This document shows positions 9,729 to 20,653 of a stretch of DNA of 64,000 bases, piece after piece. The notes under the pieces were generated by a model, which did not search any database, was not told the DNA's origin, and was given only the letters and a program-made list of their open reading frames with translations. Source of the stretch: an uncultured delta proteobacterium. Lineage in GTDB: Bacteria > Desulfobacterota > Binatia > JACPRU01. Every line of letters starts with the position of its first letter. Within the stretch, counting starts at the first letter, position 1. The DNA lies in assembly GCA_963745025.1 (NCBI GenBank), contig CAVUWD010000012.1, positions 52,961-116,960 on the forward strand, read 5' to 3'. A program made the translations under genes and the position numbers.

Positions 9729-10757
9729 ATGGCCAAGCGAGTGGACGCGGAGCTCGCACGCATCCTCACGGCGCTGCGAGCGGAGGAGAGCCCGCTTCGG
9801 CGGAGCGGGGTCGCGCTCATCGTCGACTTCGCGCTCGTGCGGCCGCTACGCGACTTCGTCGACGCGGAAGGACTGATCCGGCTCCTCACCGATTCGTTGC
9901 AGTCCGCGAACGTCGTCGAGGTGCTTCGCGATCGCATCCCGCAGGCCTGGAGTCGGCACGTCCGACGGAGCCGCGATCGACGCCTCCCCCTCGGCGCAGC
10001 CCTTCCGGAGAAGGTCCGCTCCCGGCTCCGCGACGTGATCGCTGCGACCCGCCCGCCGCCCGGACGCTGGATGCGTAGCGCCGTTGACCCCGTCCTCGTC
10101 CGCAAGCTCGTCGCCCCGGTCATCCAAGACGTCCTCACCGCCTTCACCCGGCAGTTGCCGGTTTTCGGCTCCGGCATATCATCGTGGCCGGGTATCGGTG
10201 CCATGGCTGCTCTCGGCAGCCGCGTGCGGGAAGAGATCGAGAGGCGCGCCGGTCAAGTCGCGGACGCCGGACGGGCGGTCCTCGGCGGAATCGGCATCGA
10301 TCTCGAGGGACAGATCGAAGCGGCCACGCGCGAGTTCAGCCAAACGGCCGAGCGCGGCTTTCGCGAGGCGCTGGCGAAGCGGATCGAGACGCCGGAGGGT
10401 CGCGCCCTCCTCGGGGAGATCCAGGGCCAGGTGCTCGACCGGCTGCTCGCCGCCCGCTTCGACGAGCTCCACGAGGACGTGGAAAGCCTCCCGTGGAGCG
10501 AGCTCGTAGAGCTCGCCGCTCCCGCGCTCGATCACCTCCGGAGGCAGCCCTTCGTCCGGCACGCGCTACGTGAGGAAATCGACGCATGGCTCGCCGTCGA
10601 CAGCGCCCGGCCGCTGCGGGCCCTGCTCGACGAGCTGGGTCTCCTCGCTCCCGTCCGCCAGCACGCTCTCGCGCGCGCCGACGAGCTGGCGCGCAAGCTT
10701 TTCTCCAGCACCGCCTTCGCGCGCTGGCTCGGCGCGCTGCTCGGGTCCCGCGACTAG
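9729..10757 (+). CDS. Hypothetical all-helical protein (342 aa)
   Basis: ATG 2 nt after the dehydrogenase stop; GC-rich third codon positions; no recognised motif. Confidence 0.7.
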   Translation: MAKRVDAELARILTALRAEESPLRRSGVALIVDFALVRPLRDFVDAEGLIRLLTDSLQSANVVEVLRDRIPQAWSRHVRRSRDRRLPLGAALPEKVRSRLRDVIAATRPPPGRWMRSAVDPVLVRKLVAPVIQDVLTAFTRQLPVFGSGISSWPGIGAMAALGSRVREEIERRAGQVADAGRAVLGGIGIDLEGQIEAATREFSQTAERGFREALAKRIETPEGRALLGEIQGQVLDRLLAARFDELHEDVESLPWSELVELAAPALDHLRRQPFVRHALREEIDAWLAVDSARPLRALLDELGLLAPVRQHALARADELARKLFSSTAFARWLGALLGSRD

Positions 10758-13090
10758 ATTCTGACCCTACCGAGCCGCAGCGCGTTTCCGATCACCGATA
10801 CGGAGCTGAGGCTCATGGCAGCGGCGGCGATCATCGGGCTCAGCAGGATGCCGAAGAAGGGATAGAGAACGCCGGCGGCGATCGGCACACCGAGCGAGTT
10901 GTAGACGAAGGCGAAGAAGAGGTTCTGCGTGATGTTGCGAAGTGTTGCCCGGCTCAGCCTGCGCGCGCGGACGATGCCGCGCAGGTCTCCCTTGACGAGC
11001 GTCACGCCGGCGCTCTCGATCGCAACGTCCGTCCCGGTTCCCATCGCGATTCCGACCTGCGACTGAGCCAGTGCGGGCGCGTCGTTGATCCCGTCTCCCG
11101 CCATGGCGACGATTCGTCCCGCCTCTTGCATTCGCTTCACCGCCTGCGCCTTCTGGTCGGGCAGCACCTCGGCCACGACTTCGTCGATCCCCAGACGGCG
11201 GCCGACGGCGTTGGCGGTCGTCGGGTTGTCGCCGGTCAGCATCACGATCCGGATCCCCTCCTCGTGGAGCTCGCGGATCGCGTCCGGGGTCGTCTCCTTG
11301 ATCGGGTCCGCGACACCGACCAGGCCCCCGATCCGCCCGTCCACCGCGACGAACATGACCGTCTGTCCCTCGGCACCGAGCTCGTCCGCCCGGCGCGCGA
11401 GATCACCGGTGTCGACGGCGAGCTCGTCCATCAGCGCCCGGTTGCCGAGCGCGACCGCCCGGCCGTCGACCGTTCCCTTCACCCCCTTCCCCGTGATCGA
11501 CTCGAAGGCCGTGGCTTCTACAGGCACGACCTCCCTCGCGGCCGCTCCTTGAACAATCGCCGCCGCGAGCGGGTGTTCGCTGCCCCGCTCGAGGGTCGCG
11601 GCCAGTCTCAGCAGTTGCGCTTCCTCCCATCCCGCGGCTGGGACGATGCTCACGAGCCTGGGTTTTCCGACGGTCAGCGTGCCGGTCTTGTCGACGACGA
11701 GCGTGTCCACCTTCCGCATGATCTCGATCGCTTCCGCATTCTTGAAGAGGACGCCGATCGAGGCGCCCTTGCCCGTCGCGACCATGATGGACATCGGCGT
11801 CGCCAAGCCGAGCGCGCAGGGACAGGCGATGATCAGTACGGCGACCGCATTGATCAGGGCGTGCGCCAGGCGCGGGCTCGGGCCCGCAACGGCCCACGCA
11901 ACGAACGTGACGACCGCGACACCGACGACCGTCGGCACGAAGTAGCCGGCGACCACGTCCGCGAGCTTCTGGATGGGCGCCCGGCTCCGCTGCGCCTCGG
12001 CGACCATCTGGACGATCCGAGCGAGCAGCGTCTCCGCCCCCACCCGCTCTGCCCTCATCACGAGCGACCCGGTGCCGTTGACGGTCGCTCCGATGATCCG
12101 GTCTCCGCTCCGCTTCTCGACCGGGATCGGCTCTCCCGTGATCATCGACTCGTCGAGCGTGCTCTGGCCCTCGAGGACGACGCCGTCGACGGGGACCTTC
12201 TCGCCCGGACGCACGCGGAGCCGATCGCCGGGCTGTACGCGATCCAACGGTGCGTCCTCTTCCCGGCCGTCGTCGAGCAGTCGCCGCGCGGTCTTCGGGG
12301 CGAGGCCGAGGAGAGCTCGGATCGCCGCGCCCGTGCGGCTTCGCGCCCGGAGCTCCAGAACCTGTCCGAGGAGGACGAGCGTGACGATGGCCGATGCCGC
12401 CTCGAAATAGATCGCGACCTCGTCACCCTCGCCTCGGAACGACGCCGGGAAGAGATCCGGGACGAGCGCCGCCACGGCGCTGTAAACGTAGGCCACGGAC
12501 ACGCCGAGGCCGATCAGCGTGAACATGTTGAGGCGCTTCGCCACCACGGACTGCCACCCACGGAAGAGAAAGGGCCACCCCCCCCACAGCACCACGGGCG
12601 TTGCGATCACGAGCTCGAGGAGGGAGAGCCGCCGGGCAGAGATCACGCTCATGAACGAGAGGCCGGAAATGTGATCGCTCATGGCGAGCACGACCAGCGG
12701 CAGGGTGAGCGCCGCGCTCAGCCAGAACCGTCGCGTCATGTCCGCGAGCTCGGGATTCGCCTCCTCTTCCAGGGTCGCCCGAACCAGCTCGAGCGCCATG
12801 CCGCAGACCGGGCACGTGCCCGGCCCCTGCTGGCGGATCTCGGGGTGCATCGGGCAGGTATACAGGCCGCCCTCGTCATTCGCCGCGGGCGCGTCGCCGC
12901 CGACGAAGCTCCGCGGCGACTGCCGAAACTTCACGCGACAGTGCTCGGCGCAGAAGAAGTACGTCTTGCCCGCGTAGTGCTCCCGGATAGGGGCATCCGC
13001 GGCCACCTTCATTCCGCACACGGGGTCGATCTCTCGTGGCTGCCCCGAGATCTGGAGGCCGCGGTCGGCGTCGGCATGAGGGTCGTGCAT
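10754..13090 (-). CDS. copA: Cu+/Ag+-translocating P1B-type ATPase with YHS and YTCPMHP metal-binding domains
   Basis: [37 protein letters not shown] and MSLSS transmembrane signatures of P1B-1 pumps. Confidence 0.92.
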   Translation of the reverse strand: MHDPHADADRGLQISGQPREIDPVCGMKVAADAPIREHYAGKTYFFCAEHCRVKFRQSPRSFVGGDAPAANDEGGLYTCPMHPEIRQQGPGTCPVCGMALELVRATLEEEANPELADMTRRFWLSAALTLPLVVLAMSDHISGLSFMSVISARRLSLLELVIATPVVLWGGWPFLFRGWQSVVAKRLNMFTLIGLGVSVAYVYSAVAALVPDLFPASFRGEGDEVAIYFEAASAIVTLVLLGQVLELRARSRTGAAIRALLGLAPKTARRLLDDGREEDAPLDRVQPGDRLRVRPGEKVPVDGVVLEGQSTLDESMITGEPIPVEKRSGDRIIGATVNGTGSLVMRAERVGAETLLARIVQMVAEAQRSRAPIQKLADVVAGYFVPTVVGVAVVTFVAWAVAGPSPRLAHALINAVAVLIIACPCALGLATPMSIMVATGKGASIGVLFKNAEAIEIMRKVDTLVVDKTGTLTVGKPRLVSIVPAAGWEEAQLLRLAATLERGSEHPLAAAIVQGAAAREVVPVEATAFESITGKGVKGTVDGRAVALGNRALMDELAVDTGDLARRADELGAEGQTVMFVAVDGRIGGLVGVADPIKETTPDAIRELHEEGIRIVMLTGDNPTTANAVGRRLGIDEVVAEVLPDQKAQAVKRMQEAGRIVAMAGDGINDAPALAQSQVGIAMGTGTDVAIESAGVTLVKGDLRGIVRARRLSRATLRNITQNLFFAFVYNSLGVPIAAGVLYPFFGILLSPMIAAAAMSLSSVSVIGNALRLGRVRI

Positions 13091-13375
13091 GAGAGTCTCG
13101 TCGATCCGCGCGTGCGCGCTCGGGCGACCATGTTGTCCCACAAGCTCGTCTCTCACAACATGCGGCGTGGCGACCAGCCGCACGTGGGGATATCCGGCAC
13201 GACCACGGCTGCTTCTCCTGGCAATCGACCCGCGTTCGTCCTTGGCGCAGGCGAGCCTCCGCTTCGGCTTCATTTCGACGCAGAGAGTCCGGAGGAGAGT
13301 GGCAGAGTCCGCTTGACGAGAGCTGCGGAGCGCGCACTATGCGATTGCCAACCGCACGATGTCAGGAGGATCCAC

Positions 13376-13951
13376 ATGCCCGACAGCAAGCTTGAGCAGT
13401 ACCCGAAACAGATCGGGCTCCCCGACGGTAAACTGGCGGAGCTGCATGTCATGACAGCCGCCGACAAGGACGCGATCCTGCGGTTTGCGAGGAAGCTGTC
13501 GGAAGACGATCTCTTGTTTCTACGCACCGACATCACCGATCCGGCGGTGGTGGACGACTGGATCGAGAATCTTCGCAAGGGGACGACGGTCACGATCCTG
13601 GCCGAGCTGAACGGCGAACTAGGCGCCTACGCGAGCCTTCATCAGGACCAGGCGCGCTGGACGCGACGGGTCGGCGAGATCCGGATCAACGCGGCGCCAC
13701 GCTACCGCGGCATGGGGCTAGGGCGCGCGCTGGCGTCCGAAATCTTCGAGGTCGGCAAGGCCCAAGGGATCAAGAAGCTGGTCGCGATGGTGACGCCCGA
13801 ACAGAGCGGGGCGCGAACTACCCTCGAGCGGCTGGGCTTCAAGGTCGAGGCGTTGCTCGCCGACTGGGTGGAGGATCGACGGGGGAAGCCGCGCGATCTG
13901 CTGGTGATGACGTTCGATCTGGCGGGCTTCACCGACCAGGCGGCGGCGTAA
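13376..13951 (+). CDS. GNAT family N-acetyltransferase
   Basis: AGGAGG RBS; YRGMGLGRAL acetyl-CoA motif; LERLGFKVE. Confidence 0.88.
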   Translation: MPDSKLEQYPKQIGLPDGKLAELHVMTAADKDAILRFARKLSEDDLLFLRTDITDPAVVDDWIENLRKGTTVTILAELNGELGAYASLHQDQARWTRRVGEIRINAAPRYRGMGLGRALASEIFEVGKAQGIKKLVAMVTPEQSGARTTLERLGFKVEALLADWVEDRRGKPRDLLVMTFDLAGFTDQAAA

Positions 13952-14011
13952 GCCTGACCGTGGATCTTTCCATCGCGCGGGGGGCAGCGACGCCAGCCCT
14001 GCCAGTGCCGA

Positions 14012-15533
14012 TCAAGACGCAGCGACAGATAGTTCAACGGCCGGGGCCGGGACTGCGCGCAGCGCGCGGTCGCGTAGCTCGGCGAACGAATCATCGACGA
14101 ACTGCTTCATCCGATCGACATCGGGCATCAGGCGCGGATCGGCGGTCAGGTGGAAGAACATCTCCTGGTTGTAGCTCGTGATCGGTACGCCAAAGCCCAT
14201 GGTGCCGCCCGGCCCCACAAAACCGGTCGAGTAGAGCAGCTTGTGGCCATCCATGTACATGGGCACCTGTACGCCCGGGACATTCGTGGCGATGAAATTG
14301 ATTCCCATGGCGGGTAGCGGAAAGACCCCAGGGCGCGGCGTGAGGCCAAGCATGCGCGTAGGCCGCCGACGCCCAGTCGAGAGCGGTCGTGCCGACGCGC
14401 CCCGCGAGAGCGGTGAAGAAAGCCGGGACGACGTCGAGAAGCGTCCCCATCCGATCCATCGCCTGGGGAAGGCCGGCCTTCTTGATGCGCGTGGTCTCTT
14501 CGCTGATGAGCTTGAGGCGCTCGAGTAGGTCGATCGACTCGGCCGGTATCATCGGGAACATCATCGAAACCCGATTGCCGAGGTCGGACTTTTCCTCGGG
14601 CCGACGCACGCTGACCGGACATCCGAGGCGGAACTGCTGACCTGCGGCGGGCCATCCATGATGCTTCAGGTAGCGCGCGGCGCCCTCAGTCAGAACCGTC
14701 AACACGACGTCGTTCACGGTGCCGCCGAAGGCGTTGCGGATCGCGCGATAATCGGCGAAGGGCTGACGACAGAGCGCGAAGGAGCGCCGCTGGCCGACCA
14801 CGCCCGCCTGCCAGGGCGTCATCACGATCGGCCGCGCCAGCGATTCCGCCATCGCGCGCATCGCTTCTGCGGTCTCGCGCAGGCGCTCGGCGACACCGAA
14901 GGGCTCGCGAATGAACTCGAGCAGGTTGCGCGATACGGTGTCGACCTGATTGAGCAGCAGGTCGCGAATCGCCGAGACCAGCCGTTCGCCCTGGCCGGGC
15001 AGAGGCGCCGGCTGCCACGGCTTGGCGGGCGGCTCGATTTTATTGGGCGTAGGGCTAAAGTCCGACATGATGACCGACATCTCGACGGTCGATACTCCGT
15101 CGACGAGCGCGTGGTGAATCTTCTGCACGATGACCGTGCGGTCCTTTAAGCCTTCGAGCAGGTGGTTCTCCCAGAGCGGCCGGTTGCGGTCGAGCGGGGG
15201 CTCGTAGACGCGCAACGCCTCTTCGATCACCTCGGGCTCCGTGATTCCCCGCCTCAACCGGTGGCGCTTGACGTGGTTCTCGAGCTTGAAGTCGGGATCG
15301 TCCTCGAGCGTCGCATGAGCGAGATTGAAGGGCACCTCCGCCAGCCGCTGGCGATAGCGGGGCACTAGATGGATTCGCTCCTCCAGGAAGCGGAAGTATT
15401 TCTCGAACGACATCGCGCCTTCGAAAACGGACATCCCGCCGACATGCGTGGGACTGCTGCTCGATTCCAGATAGAGGAACGACGCGTCGAGCGAAGACAG
15501 GCGACGTTTCAGACTCAGCTTGTTGTCAGCCAT
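14012..15533 (-). CDS. Wax ester synthase/diacylglycerol acyltransferase (frameshifted near 14360)
   Basis: LSSLDASFL, HHALVDG, GTVNDVVL, LGNRVS; the C-terminal TNVPG segment is in the next frame. Removing one base near 14360 restores a single ORF. Confidence 0.88.
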
Positions 15534-15700
15534 GACATCCGCGGCCCCCTACCGCGGCTTCCGGCGCACGTTGCCAACGGCGCGACGAAGTATCCTCCGC
15601 GTGCGGCCCGCCGTCAAATTATTGGACGACTGCCGGCTCCCCTTCCGCGCTTCGGCTTCGTCGGCACCAGCGGTGGCGACGTCGGCGGGACACACCCGAG

Positions 15701-15728
15701 TTGACCGGCCACGCCGGAAGCCTACAAT
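15701..15728 (+). promoter_or_regulatory. Sigma70-type promoter
   Basis: TTGACC-16 bp-TACAAT, ending 7 nt before ATG 15736. Confidence 0.6.
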
Positions 15729-15735
15729 CCCCACC

Positions 15736-16491
15736 ATGAGCCCAGCGCTTGCGATGACATCGGGAAACCCCGCCCTCCGCGCCGAGACCTTCCGCGCCGC
15801 GCCGGTCCTCGCGCGCGCCGACGCGATGACGATCGAAGGGACCGTCAACAAGACGGCGTTCTCGCTTGCGATCCTTTTCATAGCGGCGACGTGGGTCTGG
15901 AGCATCGGCCTCGGCGATCCCCGCGTCGGCGGTCTCCTCATGCTCGGAGTGATCGGCGGCGCCGTGACGGCGCTGGTGACGGTCTTCAAGCAGCCCTGGG
16001 CGCCCTACACGACGCCGGCCTACGCCGCGTTCGAAGGCCTCGCGCTGGGCGGCATCTCGACCGCGTTCGATGCGAGATATCCGGGAATCGCCAGTCAGGC
16101 GATCTTCTTGACGTTCGGCACGCTCGGCGGCCTGCTGCTCGCCTACCGCTCGGGGCTCATCCGAGCCACCGAGAAGTTCAAGCTCGGCATCTTCGCCGCG
16201 ACGAGCGGCATCGCGCTTCTCTATCTCATCGGCTTCGTCTTGAGCTTCTTCGGCACGGGTATCCCGCTGATCCACGGAAGCGGCACGGTGGGGATCCTCT
16301 TCAGCCTCTTCGTCTGCGGCGTGGCCGCCCTGAACTTGGTCATCGATTTCGACATGATCGAGCAGGGTGCCGCGCGCGGGGCCGCGAAATACATGGAATG
16401 GTACGGAGCCTTCGCGCTGCTCGTCACGCTCGTCTGGCTGTACCTGGAGATCTTGCGTCTGCTGTCCAAGCTGCAGGAGGAGCGCCGATGA
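15736..16491 (+). CDS. Bax inhibitor-1/YccA family membrane protein
   Basis: SGNPAL, MTIEGTVNKT, YAAFEGLALGGIS, LVIDFDMIEQG, LVTLVWLYLEILRLL; about 7 TM segments. Confidence 0.92.
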   Translation: MSPALAMTSGNPALRAETFRAAPVLARADAMTIEGTVNKTAFSLAILFIAATWVWSIGLGDPRVGGLLMLGVIGGAVTALVTVFKQPWAPYTTPAYAAFEGLALGGISTAFDARYPGIASQAIFLTFGTLGGLLLAYRSGLIRATEKFKLGIFAATSGIALLYLIGFVLSFFGTGIPLIHGSGTVGILFSLFVCGVAALNLVIDFDMIEQGAARGAAKYMEWYGAFALLVTLVWLYLEILRLLSKLQEERR

Positions 16492-16516
16492 CCAACCCGC
16501 GGCGCTGCAGCGGCGA

Positions 16517-17884
16517 TCAGGTCGGCGCGAGCGGGCGGGGGAACAGCGCGGGCGCGGCGGCGGAACCGACGTCGCACTCGACCGCGGCGAGCTTACGATC
16601 GAAGCGCGCCTGTTCGCGGGCCAGCGCGAGCGCGAGACGCAGCGTCCGGCCAAAGCCGGAGAACGATTCGAAGCGCCCGTGGAAGGCTTCCGCGACGAGC
16701 CAACCGATCAACCGCGAGACGGGCAGCATCTCCTGAGGCCGGCATTCGCGGTCGAGCACCGACAGAAGCCGCTCGCGCATCGCTTCGCTTGCCTGGGTGC
16801 GGCGGTAGACCATTCGCGTGAAGGCGCTGTTGTAGCTCCCGGAGCCCATGTCCGCGGCCATGCGATAGAGCCCGATCGAGTCCGCGTCCCTGCCGCGCCA
16901 GTATCTCGCGTAGGCGAGCTCGCTTCCGTCCACGACCGCCTCGGCGAGCGCGATCGCGTCCCGCAGAGCGTCGGTGATGCCGAGGCCGGGTGTCGGGTCG
17001 AGGTGCAGCCCCGCATCGCCGACGAGCGCCCATCCCGGGCCGACGGCCTGCTTGACGAAGAAGCGGAGCCCGGCGAGCCCGATGGCCGGCGTGGCCTGGC
17101 GCGATCCCTCGAGAAGCGGCGCCGTCAACGCTCCGGCTCTCAAGTAGGCGAGGAGCCCGGCGTCCGGATCGCGGCGCCACGGCTCGATCGCGTCGCGGGG
17201 CGCGAGGCCCGCCATCAGCAGGAGCCCCGAATCGGTCTGGAAGACGGCGCGGGCACCGTCTCCCTGCATGTGAATGCACATTCCCCAGTCGTACCGGGGA
17301 TCGCTCGAGAAGAGCGGCGTCTCCTCGAAGTAGGCCCAGTAGGCTCCATGCGGGCTCGTGTCCTCGACATAGGCGGGTGCACCGACGAGGCGAGCGATCG
17401 TCGAGTTGCGACCGTCGGCGCCGACGACCAGCGCGGCGCGGAGCTCGTGCTCGCCCGCGGCGTCACGCACCCGCACGCCGGCGACGCGGTCGCCGTCGCG
17501 GACGAGACCGATCACGGTCGTGCGCGGGCGAACGTCGATCCCCGCGTCGACCACGGTCCGCTGCAGCAGCGGATCGAGCTTCAGCCGTCTCGGACAGCGG
17601 GCGTCGTGTGCGTCATCGGAGAGATCGATTTGCAGATGAGCATCCTCGACCTGCATGCGCAGGGCGAGGGCGCGCGGCGCCAGCGCGCGAACGGCGTCAC
17701 CGAGCCCGAGGCGATCGAGCAGACGCATCCCGTAGGGTTGGATGGCGTGCGTCGAGAACGGCTGATCCGTGTAGAGCTCGTCCCGCTCGAGCGCGATGAC
17801 CTTCACCCCGGCTCGATCGAGCGCGAGCGCAAGCGGTGCGCCCGCGCATCGGAGCCCCACCACGATGCAGTCCGCGTCCGCCAC
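16517..17884 (-). CDS. FAD-dependent oxidoreductase/monooxygenase
   Basis: N-terminal IVVGLRCAGA, VVGADGRNS, LVGDAGLHLDP..GLGITDA. Confidence 0.88.
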   Translation of the reverse strand: MADADCIVVGLRCAGAPLALALDRAGVKVIALERDELYTDQPFSTHAIQPYGMRLLDRLGLGDAVRALAPRALALRMQVEDAHLQIDLSDDAHDARCPRRLKLDPLLQRTVVDAGIDVRPRTTVIGLVRDGDRVAGVRVRDAAGEHELRAALVVGADGRNSTIARLVGAPAYVEDTSPHGAYWAYFEETPLFSSDPRYDWGMCIHMQGDGARAVFQTDSGLLLMAGLAPRDAIEPWRRDPDAGLLAYLRAGALTAPLLEGSRQATPAIGLAGLRFFVKQAVGPGWALVGDAGLHLDPTPGLGITDALRDAIALAEAVVDGSELAYARYWRGRDADSIGLYRMAADMGSGSYNSAFTRMVYRRTQASEAMRERLLSVLDRECRPQEMLPVSRLIGWLVAEAFHGRFESFSGFGRTLRLALALAREQARFDRKLAAVECDVGSAAAPALFPRPLAPT

Positions 17885-17944
17885 GCTGCCCCGAGACTAC
17901 CAGGACGAGAGCGGCCGTCGCACGACCATCCGGCGAGGGCTCGC

Positions 17945-18130
17945 CATGCCCCGCGGCGTGGATCTGGAAGAAGCGATCGAGGATCGCGTGCCGCTCCTCG
18001 GGGTCGACCCGCCCCGCCAGCTCCATCCAACTCTTTCACGTCGGCGAACCGCGCCGTCGCCTGCCTGCGTTCGCCCTCCAGGGCCGAGGTCGATTGCAGG
18101 ATCTTGTCGGCGAGATGGGGCGGCGTTTCG
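17945..18130 (-). pseudogene. Remnant of a class III adenylate/guanylate cyclase-domain protein
   Basis: TPPHLADKILQSTSALEGERRQATARFADVK, frameshift, then MELAGRVDPEERHAILDRFFQI; truncated at both ends. Confidence 0.7.
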
Positions 18131-18150
18131 TCGCGAAGGAGCCGCCCGCT

Positions 18151-18195
18151 GCGGACGGCGCTCCGCGCCGCTGCTGAACCGCCAGGCCGTTATAT
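18151..18195 (+). repeat. Truncated attC site (3' half only)
   Basis: gcggacggcgctccgcgccgctgctgaaccgccaggccGTTATAT: hairpin tip, L' box and a GTT-starting R' box; R'' half absent. Confidence 0.55.
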
Positions 18196-18207
18196 AGACC
18201 AGGGCCA

Positions 18208-18560
18208 GGAGCATTGGATCTTCCATGGGGTGCATTCGGCGAGAACTTCACGACGGAGGGTCTCGTCGAGGGCAGTGTTCACATCGGGGACCAACTCAGG
18301 ATTGGTTCTGCCGAGTTCGTGGCTACACAGCCTCGCATGCCTTGCTTCAAGCTTGGGATCCGCTTTGGCCGACCGGACATGGTGAAGCACTTCCTGCGAA
18401 GCGGTGGCCCGGGAGGGCGAAGTTACCGCTGGCGACGCTGTCACGTTGATCGCCCGGCACGACCTTGCGATTACCGTCGCTGAGATTGTTGGCTTGTACA
18501 CGGCGGACGTCGTGAACCAAGAGCTTCTCCGCAAGGCGAGCGAGCTCTTCTCGGCGACGA
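18208..18560 (+). pseudogene. MOSC-domain (YiiM-like) gene remnant, former cassette
   Basis: LPWGAFGENFTTEG, TQPRMPCFKLGIRF; internal deletion and frameshift near 18405, then REGEVTAGD; both ends missing. Confidence 0.8.
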
Positions 18561-18564
18561 GGAG

Positions 18565-18657
18565 AATTAACCAACGGTTGGAGCAGACCGGCGCACAACC
18601 GGCTCGTCACGACCGGGCGGTTATGGGCGCCGGCCGCTCAACCGCCGGTCGTTAGAC
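18565..18657 (+). repeat. Integron attC site (93 bp)
   Basis: R'' AATTAAC, L'' CGGTTGGAGC pairing with L' GCTCAACCG (one extrahelical base), R' GTTAGAC; imperfect palindrome, similar to the site at 20911. Confidence 0.85.
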
Positions 18658-18691
18658 CGCTCTGGGTCCCGGGTGGTAGGGTTCGGGCTCG

Positions 18692-18983
18692 GTGGCTGGG
18701 CTCATCTTCGAGTGGGATACTGCGAAGGCGGAGAGCAACTTTCGAAGGCATGGCGTCTCGTTCGTGGAGGCGGTGACCACCTTCGCCGACCCCTTGGCGG
18801 CGATCCACGACGATCCCGATCACTCAGAGCAGGAACCCCGAGAACTCATCATCGGGGCACTCAAGCGCCGACCGGCTGTTGATCGTGAGCTTTACGGAGC
18901 TACCGAACTCGGTCAGAATCATCAGCGCCCGCAAAGCGACACGGCGGGAACGTCGCGACTATGAAGCCAGCCGAAAAGCATAA
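18692..18983 (+). pseudogene. brnT: BrnT family ribonuclease toxin (frameshift in the G run near 18855)
   Basis: FEWDTAKAESNFRRHGVSFVEAVTTFADP; removing one G gives LLIVSFTE..VRIISARKATRRER ending at TAA 18983. Confidence 0.85.
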
Positions 18984-19209
18984 GGCAACCGACGGTCTTC
19001 GTAGGGAATACGTGTTCGACTACGCCCGGGCACGCCCCAACCGCTTCGCCCCGCGCATGAAGGGCAGGAGCGTTGCCATCGTTTTGGACCCCGACGTCGC
19101 TTCTGTTTTTCAGAGCGCAGAGGCCGTCAACGCCCTCCTACGTTCCGTGATCTCGGCCATGCCAAGGGGCGCTAAAGCCACCAGGCTGCCGAGGCGCAGA
19201 GCGGTCTAA
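18961..19209 (+). CDS. BrnA-like antitoxin
   Basis: LRREYVFDYARARPNRFA..VLDPDVASVFQSAEAVNALLR; overlaps brnT; stop lies inside GTCTAAC, an R''-type box. Confidence 0.8.
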   Translation: MKPAEKHKATDGLRREYVFDYARARPNRFAPRMKGRSVAIVLDPDVASVFQSAEAVNALLRSVISAMPRGAKATRLPRRRAV

Positions 19210-19219
19210 CCCCAACCTC

Positions 19220-20632
19220 CTAAGAAACAACGACAGTAGGGGTTTGTAATTGCACGAGTTGGAAGCCGAGAGAGGCGGCGCGCTTGGAGAGAGAGCGGAC
19301 GGTGCGCTCGCGGAATTTGAGTTCGTAGTAATCGATGCCGAGATCTTTGTAGGGTTGGCGGTGCTTCCACATTCGGTAGAAGATGCGCGAGAGCTTGTGG
19401 GCGGTGGCGGTGATGGCCTTGGGGGGCCCGAGTCGGGCGCGCATGCGGCGATGAAAGGCACCCAGAGCGGTGTGGCTGTTGCCGGCAGACTGAGCGGCTC
19501 GGCGTAAGGCAGTGGCCACACGGTTGGAGGCTTTTCGGGTCTTGGAGCTTTTCACTTCTCCTCCGGTGACACGGTTGTCGGGGCACAGCGCAAGCCAGGA
19601 GGCGAAGTGCTTCTCGGAGGGAAACTTCGAGGGATCGAGGCCGACCTCGGAAAGGATGGTCTGCACGGTGAGGGCATCGAACCCCGTGATGGCGGTGAAG
19701 TCGACGCCTGAGATTCGATAGAGGTGGGTGCGCAGGTCGAAGCCAGCCTCGTTGCGCTGGGGCTTGCGGTGGGTGGCCTTGGGTTGTCCCAGGGGCGTGA
19801 GAGCAGGGTCGACTTGGGTGTCGAAGCCGCCCAGGCATTGCTCGATCCGCAGGTCGCAGTCGGCAATCATGCTGCGGTAGGTGTCATAGAGCGAGAGGCA
19901 TTGCTCAAGTGCGAAGAGGTGCTCGGGTCGGTAGTCGCCCTGGAGGGATTGGGCGATGCGCTCGGAGGTGCTCTTGATGCGATGATCGCGCATCGCGGCC
20001 AGAAGCTGTGGATCTCGCTCACCGGCGAGGATGGAGCGAATGATTCTCATGCCGCTGACGCCGGTGATGTCACTGATGACCTTGTGAAGCTGGATGTTCA
20101 TCTGGGTCAGGGCCTTCTGCATGCGCTGCACGTGAGCGGCCGCGTCGCGGATGAGAGTATCGCGCTGGCGGATGTAGCTGCGCAGCACGCAGGTCTGATC
20201 GTCGGGACGAAACGATCCCGAGAGTAGACCAAAGGTGTGCAGCTGCTGGAGCCACTGGCAGTCCTGGATGTCGCTCTTTCTGCCGGGCAGGTTTTTGACG
20301 TGGCGGGCGTTGACGAGCTTGACCTCGAAGCCGCGCGTCTCGAGGATCTGAAAGAGCGGGATCCAGTAGACTCCGGTGGATTCCATGACCACGGTGTCGA
20401 CTCCGCACTGCTCGAGCCAGTCAGCCAGACGGTGCAAATCGGCGGTGAAGCACTCGAAGCGGCGCACGGGCTGCGGATCGCGGTCCTCGGGAACCGCCAC
20501 GTAGTGCTCGGCGGATCCGACATCGATGCCGGCGGCGTTGAGGTGCACAGCCTTGAGGCTCGCGGGCAACCCCGTTCCTCGCGCGACGCTCTTTCTCTTT
20601 CGGCCTGCGCCGGGTTTGATAGACTCCTTCAT
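19220..20632 (-). CDS. IS110 family DEDD transposase/recombinase (470 aa)
   Basis: AAGGAGG RBS 8 nt before ATG 20632; GIDVG, VMESTGVYW, KSDIQD; C-terminal FASWLALCP and AITATAHKL. Confidence 0.95.
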   Translation of the reverse strand: MKESIKPGAGRKRKSVARGTGLPASLKAVHLNAAGIDVGSAEHYVAVPEDRDPQPVRRFECFTADLHRLADWLEQCGVDTVVMESTGVYWIPLFQILETRGFEVKLVNARHVKNLPGRKSDIQDCQWLQQLHTFGLLSGSFRPDDQTCVLRSYIRQRDTLIRDAAAHVQRMQKALTQMNIQLHKVISDITGVSGMRIIRSILAGERDPQLLAAMRDHRIKSTSERIAQSLQGDYRPEHLFALEQCLSLYDTYRSMIADCDLRIEQCLGGFDTQVDPALTPLGQPKATHRKPQRNEAGFDLRTHLYRISGVDFTAITGFDALTVQTILSEVGLDPSKFPSEKHFASWLALCPDNRVTGGEVKSSKTRKASNRVATALRRAAQSAGNSHTALGAFHRRMRARLGPPKAITATAHKLSRIFYRMWKHRQPYKDLGIDYYELKFRERTVRSLSKRAASLGFQLVQLQTPTVVVS

Positions 20633-20653
20633 CGAGTACACCTCCTTGGAGTT

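Noticed and set aside
10586-13375. 1121-aa ORF read as a large GNAT fusion
   Set aside because: Antisense shadow of copA. Only the last 191 aa, which have an RBS, are real.
19204-19220. Group IIC-attC intron at the attC R'' box
   Set aside because: No reverse transcriptase or domain V; the inserted element encodes a DEDD IS110 enzyme.
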